Shown here piece by piece: positions 25,184 to 30,911 of a stretch of 30,911 nt of DNA. Numbering within the stretch: the first letter of the stretch is position 1; every line of letters begins with the position of its first letter. The stretch comes from a virus. Taxonomy: Duplodnaviria; Caudoviricetes. Under the pieces are notes generated by a model. It saw nothing but the letters and a program-made list of their open reading frames with translations, searched no databases and was not told the origin of the DNA. The translations under genes were made by a program, and so were the position numbers. Location of the stretch: positions 1-30,911 of IMG/VR virus record IMGVR_UViG_3300037424_001954; one strand, written 5' to 3'.

Positions 25184-26313
25184 GCAGCCGCGACATCTCC
25201 ATCTGCGACCCGGCAAAAGAGCCGCAGGCCACGCCCGAGATCCGCGTCTGCGATGAGGCCAAGAGGCCCCGAGCCACACCCGATATCCGGATCTGCGACG
25301 AGGTGGCCGACTGCCCGCCGGACGCGCCCGCATTCGCGTACGAGGTCGACAGCGAAAACAATCAGATGCGGGTCACCTCCGGACAGGCGCCGCTGCGGCG
25401 CATTCTCGGCACGCCCTGCGGCACCGGCCAGCCGGGGGACGAGGTCGCGATGAACCAGTGGGTGGGTGTTTCTTGTAAGTGTTCCACCCGCATTCAGGAC
25501 GCCTGCGGGCGGGCGACGGCCCCGGTCTATGGCGAGCCGACCACGCCGGCGCCCGCCCTCAGCGGCCCGGACGTGCTGGCCGTCGGCGCCGTCTATACGG
25601 TCAGCGACGGCAGCCCCGACTTCGGCTGGTTCGTCCCTGCGGCCTTCACCATCAGCGAGGACACCCGCTCGGTCACCATAACCGATCTGCAGGGCTCCTG
25701 CGGCGGCACGATCACCGCCACCGACCAATGCGGGAGGTCGGCCTTCAAGGGCGTCACCGTCGGCGGTGTCCTCACCCTCACCGGCACCGACGCCCCCGTG
25801 GTCGGCAGCCAGTACAGTGCCAGCGGGGGGAAGGCGCCCTACACCTGGAGCATCTCCTGCGGCGCGATCAGCGATACCGGCCAGGTGACCAGCCTTTCCG
25901 GCTGCTGCGGCAGCGGGACTGTGACGGTAACGGATAGCTGCGGGCAGAGCGTGAGTATCGAGGTGCGGTTTCCGACGGGGCAATGGGTGCAGATCCACCA
26001 GGATGACGGGGAGTGCGGGAGCTCCGACCCGGCACACGCCAACGAGGGCTGTTGGGACCACTATGCGGCGGGTGTGATAAATAAAGTCTATCACTGCGCG
26101 GCGGAAGGGTATCCAACGTGCACCGCAATCACTGGCCAACTGAAAATAGTTACAGTTTATGGATCGGTCAGTCAGGACGGGGTGTATTCCGGCTACAACT
26201 ATTGGTGGGTGGACGCGACGGGAGAGCCGGCCGACAATTGCGGATGTACTCCGGATGGCACCCGGCGGCTCTTTGCCTGGCATAACACGATTTACGAATG
26301 GAGATGCCCATGA
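25180..26313 (+). CDS. Cys-rich tail/receptor-binding protein with Ig-like repeats
   Basis: 21 Cys in 377 aa; SASGGKAPYTWSIS Ig-like motif; three N-terminal (D/E)I.(I/V)CD repeats. Confidence 0.6.
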   Translation: MSSRDISICDPAKEPQATPEIRVCDEAKRPRATPDIRICDEVADCPPDAPAFAYEVDSENNQMRVTSGQAPLRRILGTPCGTGQPGDEVAMNQWVGVSCKCSTRIQDACGRATAPVYGEPTTPAPALSGPDVLAVGAVYTVSDGSPDFGWFVPAAFTISEDTRSVTITDLQGSCGGTITATDQCGRSAFKGVTVGGVLTLTGTDAPVVGSQYSASGGKAPYTWSISCGAISDTGQVTSLSGCCGSGTVTVTDSCGQSVSIEVRFPTGQWVQIHQDDGECGSSDPAHANEGCWDHYAAGVINKVYHCAAEGYPTCTAITGQLKIVTVYGSVSQDGVYSGYNYWWVDATGEPADNCGCTPDGTRRLFAWHNTIYEWRCP

Positions 26314-26555
26314 GCAACACCGACCGTGGAGAGGGGAAAATCGTCACGGTGACGGCTAAAGCTCCGGATGCGGCTGTTGTCCAAACCGCAGGCCCGCCGG
26401 GTGACCGCGGTCTCGGCGACACTGTCGCCCGTCTCACCCACGCCACCGGCCTCGACAAATTGGCGCATTTTTACACACAGGTGACCGGCCGGGACTGCGG
26501 CTGCAAGGGGCGGCAAGAGTTGCTGAATCGCCTCATCCCCTACGGGAGGAAATAG
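26310..26555 (+). CDS. Phage hypothetical protein (GLGDTVA...DCGC..R...LN.LIPY family)
   Basis: ATGA coupling; recurrent small phage protein motif. Confidence 0.65.
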   Translation: MSNTDRGEGKIVTVTAKAPDAAVVQTAGPPGDRGLGDTVARLTHATGLDKLAHFYTQVTGRDCGCKGRQELLNRLIPYGRK

Positions 26556-27329
26556 ATGGATCTGCAATTACAGAGCAGCCAGGTCAAGCAGATCCGCGAG
26601 CGGGCCGGCCTGGTCTATATTTTCAGCGCCAGCGGCGTCGACATCTACCGGCAGAGCGACTGGCGGCGTATTGCCTGGGCGGTACTCGCTGGCTGCCGGG
26701 GCGGCGCGGTGAGCGACCTCGGCGTCTGGCTCGCCACCGCCTACGGACTCTGGCACCTGCCGCACGGCGTCACCGGCGCCGCGAGCAGCCGGCTCACCCT
26801 CACCTACACCGACGCCAGCGCCACCGCCCTGCAGTCGGCCGACGTGCTCGGGATGTGTGCGACCGGCAGCGCGCTTTTGATCGTCACGGCCGCCGGGATC
26901 GATTACCTTCCCACCCTTGGCGAGGTCTATCGCTATACGGCGGCAGGCTGCCCCGGCGCCTGCGCCATCGGCGGCGGCCGCATCGCCTACGCCGTCGCCG
27001 CCGGGCTGCATCTGCTCGATGCTCCGGCCGCCGACTGGACCGCCGGCGACGCCACAGTGCTGACCGCCGCCGGTTCGCCCGCCATCCTCTCGGATACCGT
27101 GCGGGCGCTCGCCTGGGGAACGGATTTGTTTATCGGCACGGCTGCCGGGCTCAACATCTATGACCCGGTCGCTGAAGCACTGGCGGCCATCACCACGGTT
27201 CTGGGCACAGTCCTCGACGTGCGGGCGATTTCCCTCACGCCAGGAGCGATCGCCGGCGACGGATCTGTCGCGTTCGGCACCAGCGACGGCCTGGGCGGCG
27301 GGCAATTCGGCATCCTGCGATTGGAGTAA
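26556..27329 (+). CDS. Beta-rich putative tail protein (paralog of the next gene)
   Basis: Colinear similarity to 27332-28750, including the end GTSDGLGGGQFG. Confidence 0.65.
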   Translation: MDLQLQSSQVKQIRERAGLVYIFSASGVDIYRQSDWRRIAWAVLAGCRGGAVSDLGVWLATAYGLWHLPHGVTGAASSRLTLTYTDASATALQSADVLGMCATGSALLIVTAAGIDYLPTLGEVYRYTAAGCPGACAIGGGRIAYAVAAGLHLLDAPAADWTAGDATVLTAAGSPAILSDTVRALAWGTDLFIGTAAGLNIYDPVAEALAAITTVLGTVLDVRAISLTPGAIAGDGSVAFGTSDGLGGGQFGILRLE

Positions 27330-27331
27330 AT

Positions 27332-28750
27332 ATGGACCTCACCCTCCTCGGAAGCATCGTCAAGAAGATCATCAGCTACGGCGCCAACCTCTATCATTTC
27401 ACTGACGCTGGTGTGGATGTGCACCGCCAGAGCGACGGCGTGCGCATCGCCTGGGCGGCGTTGGCCGATGTCACGGCGGGCGCCGTCAACGATAACGGGG
27501 TGTATCTGGGCACCAGCGCTGCCGGAGTCTACCTGCTGCCACATGCGGCGGTCACCACCGGCGGCGATCAGGCGGGCGCGCTGGTGCAGACCTACACCAC
27601 CGGCAGCAGCCCCAGCCTGCAGAGCAACCAGGTCAACGGCATGGCCGGACGGGGGACGGCTCTGCTCGTCGGCGACGCCGCAGGGTGCAGCTACCTGCCC
27701 ACGGCAGGGACAGCGTATCAGTACGCCCACGCTGACGGGGTAGGAGTATGCGCCATCGGAGCCACGGAAATCGCCTACGCGATTGTGACGGGCGGCGGCC
27801 GCACGGCCGACCTTCCGGCGGCAAACTGGACGGATTTCGATGCCGGCATAATCGGGCAGCAGTTTCCCGGCGGACTGGGACGAGGGCTGACCTTTTCCGG
27901 TGACGGGACCTATATGGGCATTTCCGGCGTGCCGCTGGCAGGCAGCGACGTGCTGACCATCGAGGCATGGGTGTGTCCTATCACATTGACCGGCACGCTG
28001 ACCATTTTCTGTGACGAGCCAAGTTCGGGTGGGGACATCAGAAACCATCTGCGTCTATCGAACGGCGTCCCGGTCTTCGACAATTATCCACCCTCCGGGG
28101 GGGCGCTGTCAGGGCCGTCTGCTCTGCCGGTAAACCAGTGGTCGCACGTGGCGATCATCATCAACGCTCCCAACCGTTGGCTGGTGGTGAACGGCGCAGT
28201 GGTCGCCTCGGACTCTGCCGCCGAAATCTACTCGGGTGCAGCTATCGGCCGGGCTACAGTGGGGGACCGCCGGGGGGTCGGCGGGGAATATTTCCAGGGC
28301 AGGATATCGGAAATGCGTGTATGGGATATTGCCAGATCTACTACGGATGTCGCGACTGACTACAGGGTGCCATTGGTAGGGGACGAGCCCGGACTCCAGG
28401 CGTATTGGCGCATGACGGAATCTGGCGGGACCATGTCCGACAGCACCGGAAACGGGTTCACGGGGGCTGTGACGGGAGCGACCCCCGGCCCGGCAAACCC
28501 GTACGTCGTCAGCGACACGATCAGCGACATCGCCTACGGCGCTGACCTGTTCATCGCCACCGACTCCGGGGTCTCGACCTGGGCCGGCGAGACCGGAACC
28601 AACATCACCACGCCCCTCGGGACCGTGCTCGATGTCAAATCGATCCATCCGATCAGCACCGCCACCAAAAACAGCGGCCTGCTCGCCTACGGCACCAGCG
28701 ACGGTCTGGGCGGCGGGCAGTTCGGCGTGCTCGACCTCGCGGAGGCATAG
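27332..28750 (+). CDS. Putative tail protein with inserted LamG/concanavalin A-like domain
   Basis: LTIEAWV...NQWSHVAI...YFQGRISEMRVWDIARS...GLQAYWRM LamG motifs inside a paralog of the upstream gene. Confidence 0.75.
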   Translation: MDLTLLGSIVKKIISYGANLYHFTDAGVDVHRQSDGVRIAWAALADVTAGAVNDNGVYLGTSAAGVYLLPHAAVTTGGDQAGALVQTYTTGSSPSLQSNQVNGMAGRGTALLVGDAAGCSYLPTAGTAYQYAHADGVGVCAIGATEIAYAIVTGGGRTADLPAANWTDFDAGIIGQQFPGGLGRGLTFSGDGTYMGISGVPLAGSDVLTIEAWVCPITLTGTLTIFCDEPSSGGDIRNHLRLSNGVPVFDNYPPSGGALSGPSALPVNQWSHVAIIINAPNRWLVVNGAVVASDSAAEIYSGAAIGRATVGDRRGVGGEYFQGRISEMRVWDIARSTTDVATDYRVPLVGDEPGLQAYWRMTESGGTMSDSTGNGFTGAVTGATPGPANPYVVSDTISDIAYGADLFIATDSGVSTWAGETGTNITTPLGTVLDVKSIHPISTATKNSGLLAYGTSDGLGGGQFGVLDLAEA

Positions 28751-29644
28751 ATGGAGCCCATTGCCGGCGACACCACAGCGGTCTGGATCTCCGACGGCGG
28801 CAACACGGTTGCCTACAACGACGTGCTGCTGCTCCTTGGCGGAGCGACACTCATCTACTCCGCCCCCGGCGACACCCTCGCCTGCTGGCTCGACGCCGAG
28901 CTGCAGGCGGCGATTCGCGGCGGCGTCCTCGAGGAGTACTCCCGCATCACCGCGCTCTCGCCGCCGCCGGAGGCCAGAGAGGTGCGCCGCGACTGGGGCC
29001 TCTACGCCGAGATCACCGACAGCCTGGGCGGCATCGAAACGGGAACCGTCACCTGCAAAATCGACGGCCAGACGGTCGCCGCCACCGTCACCGCCATCAC
29101 GGACGGCTACCGGGTGGAGTACACCCCGCCGGCCCTGGCCGCCTACCGCGAGCAGATTCGCGTCGTTCTCGCCGCCGTCGATGCCGACGGCTACATGATC
29201 AGTCGCGCCTGGTCGTTTTCCACCGAGGCCGCCCCGGCCGCCACGGTCACCGACGCGCCGCCGCCGAACGTCGTCTGCATCCGCGACATCGGCCTCACCG
29301 CCGCCGAGGCCGACGAGACGATCGAGGCCGTCCCCGTCACCTGGCTGGAAGACCTCACCAGCCCCCTCTACATCACCGAGGCGCAGGCCCGGGAGGTCGG
29401 CCGGGTCGCCATCGACGAGCGCACCTACCACCGGCACGTCCGCAGCGTCGCCGTCCTCGCCAGCGATGCCGCAGGCCTCCCCCTGGCCGGTCTGCAGCAG
29501 GGCTCAATCATCACCCTGACCTGCCCCGCCATCGGCATGGCCGCGAAAAAATGCGAGATCCTCGCCGCCCAGCGCCAGGCCGAGCGCGCCGGCGAAGAGG
29601 ACATGACATACACCCTCACCATCGCCTACTACGAGGCCGTCTGA
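28751..29644 (+). CDS. Hypothetical virion protein with an Ig-like segment
   Basis: 297 aa, coupled to both neighbours; ITDSLGGIETGTV...WSFST beta-sandwich-like part. Confidence 0.6.
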   Translation: MEPIAGDTTAVWISDGGNTVAYNDVLLLLGGATLIYSAPGDTLACWLDAELQAAIRGGVLEEYSRITALSPPPEAREVRRDWGLYAEITDSLGGIETGTVTCKIDGQTVAATVTAITDGYRVEYTPPALAAYREQIRVVLAAVDADGYMISRAWSFSTEAAPAATVTDAPPPNVVCIRDIGLTAAEADETIEAVPVTWLEDLTSPLYITEAQAREVGRVAIDERTYHRHVRSVAVLASDAAGLPLAGLQQGSIITLTCPAIGMAAKKCEILAAQRQAERAGEEDMTYTLTIAYYEAV

Positions 29645-29898
29645 TGAGCCTGGAATCCCTGAAGAACCGCCTGAACGTCGACCAGCGCAACATCCTGGTC
29701 GGCACCGTCATCGAGGACAAGCAGTCCACCGTCCGCGTCCGCACCGCCAGAGGCGAAATCCGCGAGGCCGCCAAGCCGGACGGCGCCAGCTACGCCAGCG
29801 GCCAGCGCCTGGAGCTGCGCACCGACGGCCGCACCGTCACCGTCCAGGGCGTGGCGCAGCTGGCCGAGCTCGGCGGGGAGGTGGTGTTCGTGGTGTAG
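29644..29898 (+). CDS. Small beta-rich hypothetical protein (84 aa), last phage gene
   Basis: TGATG coupling; GTVIEDKQSTVRVRT OB-fold-like pattern. Confidence 0.6.
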   Translation: MSLESLKNRLNVDQRNILVGTVIEDKQSTVRVRTARGEIREAAKPDGASYASGQRLELRTDGRTVTVQGVAQLAELGGEVVFVV

Positions 29899-30000
29899 AA
29901 CTCCATTGACAGCCGGGCGGCGATAGGGTAAATACAGAGGCGCTACAGCGGGTTTCCGGCCTCCGCGCCGGGGGCATGTAGCGAAAAAAGCCGGAATCGA

Positions 30001-30028
30001 TTGCAATATCATCCGGTTGCAGGATAAT
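30001..30028 (+). promoter_or_regulatory. Sigma70-like promoter for the tRNA
   Basis: TTGCAA-N16-GATAAT ending 5 bp before the tRNA; a second TTGACA lies at 29906-29911. Confidence 0.45.
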
Positions 30029-30033
30029 TGCAC

Positions 30034-30109
<76 letters not shown>

Positions 30110-30114
30110 CTTGT

Positions 30115-30155
30115 AAAAAACGGGGGCCGGCACATTGTGTCGGCCCCCGTTTTTT
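30115..30155 (+). terminator. Rho-independent (bidirectional-type) terminator
   Basis: AAAAAACGGGGGCCGGCACA-T-TGTGTCGGCCCCCGTTTTTT. Confidence 0.85.
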
Positions 30156-30169
30156 ACTCAGCTTTTGCC

Positions 30170-30199
30170 TTGACAAACTTTAATGATTTTGATTAAAGT
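30170..30199 (+). promoter_or_regulatory. Sigma70-like promoter of the cytochrome gene
   Basis: TTGACA-N18-TAAAGT in AT-rich intergenic DNA; AGGAGG RBS downstream. Confidence 0.55.
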
Positions 30200-30241
30200 T
30201 ATCCCGCTTTAATATTTCCCACAAACAGGAGGAGAAGAATC

Positions 30242-30511
30242 ATGAAGAAACTGCTCGTTGCTGCAATGCTCGTCGCCTTCGCCGCCTCGACCGCCATGGC
30301 CGCCGACACGGTCACGCTCGAAGCCAAAAACGGAAACGTCACCTTCAACCACAAGAAACACAGCGAGTCGATGGAGTGCAAGATCTGCCACGGCGAAGGC
30401 ACCCCTGGCAAGCTTGAGCTCGACAAAGACAAGGCCCACGCCCTCTGCAAGGACTGCCACACCACCAAAGCCGCCGGCCCGACCAAGTGCGGCGACTGCC
30501 ACAAAAAGTAA
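30242..30511 (+). CDS. ppcA: Periplasmic triheme cytochrome c7 (PpcA family)
   Basis: Signal peptide (…AMA|AD), GNVTFNHKKH, three CxxCH motifs (CKICH, CKDCH, CGDCH), GPTKCGDCHKK end. Confidence 0.93.
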   Translation: MKKLLVAAMLVAFAASTAMAADTVTLEAKNGNVTFNHKKHSESMECKICHGEGTPGKLELDKDKAHALCKDCHTTKAAGPTKCGDCHKK

Positions 30512-30532
30512 TCGTCTGCTTTTCCCTTCCTT

Positions 30533-30557
30533 AAAAGGCCCCGTTCGGGGCCTTTTT
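30533..30557 (+). terminator. Rho-independent terminator
   Basis: AAAAGGCCCCG-TT-CGGGGCCTTTTT. Confidence 0.8.
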
Positions 30558-30651
30558 CTATTTTTAACCGTCTTTGTAAAAAAACCGGGAGCCTGCGTTC
30601 CCGCAGGCCCCCGGTTCCATGACGAGGAAACGTTATCAGCCGCCTCTCCCC

Positions 30652-30911
30652 TCAGGGAACGCCGGCACTGGTCGTATAGCTGAATCCTTCCTTGTAAAAA
30701 GCGACAGAATCTCTCTGCTCCGTTGCACAGCGCAGCCAGAAGGCAGCCTGTTCATAGTCGCGCGGCACACCCTGTCCGGTCTCATACATCAGCGCCAGGC
30801 GGCGCTGGGCCTCAACCTCCCCTTGACCTGCCGCAAGACGCAGCCACGGCAACGCTTCAGCATATTCCTGGCGGTCAAGGAAGTATTCGCCGAGCAGGAC
30901 CTGCGCCTCAA
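30652..30911 (-). CDS. Sel1-like repeat protein, 3' part (host)
   Basis: Frame is open to the window edge: EAQVLLGEYF...WLRLAAGQGEVEAQRRLALMYETGQGVPRDYEQAAFWLRCATEQ. Confidence 0.85.
   Translation of the reverse strand, partial: EAQVLLGEYFLDRQEYAEALPWLRLAAGQGEVEAQRRLALMYETGQGVPRDYEQAAFWLRCATEQRDSVAFYKEGFSYTTSAGVP

Larger units (their letters stand above)
1..29898 (+). mobile_element. Prophage (siphovirus-like, temperate); left end lies outside the window
   Basis: Co-oriented, tightly coupled run of replication, terminase, portal, protease, capsid, lysis, tail tube, tape measure and tail-tip genes, ending just before a tRNA and host cytochrome gene. Right boundary approximate. Confidence 0.93.

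Noticed and set aside
25180-28750. Diversity-generating retroelement target in tail genes
   Set aside because: No reverse transcriptase in the window and no TR/VR pair with adenine-specific mismatches; the only repeat is the paralog 3' end.
30242-30511. Cytochrome c7 as phage cargo (auxiliary metabolic gene)
   Set aside because: It lies beyond the tRNA and its terminator, with its own promoter and terminator next to a host Sel1 gene; most simply host chromosome.

Overview
Almost the whole window (1 to ~29.9 kb) is the right-hand part of a temperate, siphovirus-like prophage with all genes on the + strand. The host is probably a Desulfuromonadales (Desulfuromonas/Geobacter-like) bacterium, because host DNA resumes with tRNA-Thr(CGT), a triheme PpcA/c7 cytochrome and a partial Sel1-repeat gene. 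Gene order: small accessory genes, integron integrase, primase-helicase, iteron origin, XerC-like recombinase, Mor-type activator, terminase, portal-MuF fusion, protease, capsid, lysis genes, tail genes. The main finding is a phage-borne integron. An intact intI (1864-2865) has an adjacent attI candidate and at least three attC sites. Their cassettes carry typical phage accessory genes, all inverted relative to the attC polarity, so they read as part of the phage operon that runs into intI. A second, identical 30-bp attI-like copy with its own one-cassette array lies 6.7 kb away at the Mor stop codon. attI-1 and that fourth attC bracket a 6451-bp block (intI, primase-helicase, ori, recombinase, activator) that IntI could in principle excise as a circle. 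All calls come from reading the sequence and motifs; no database searches were run.
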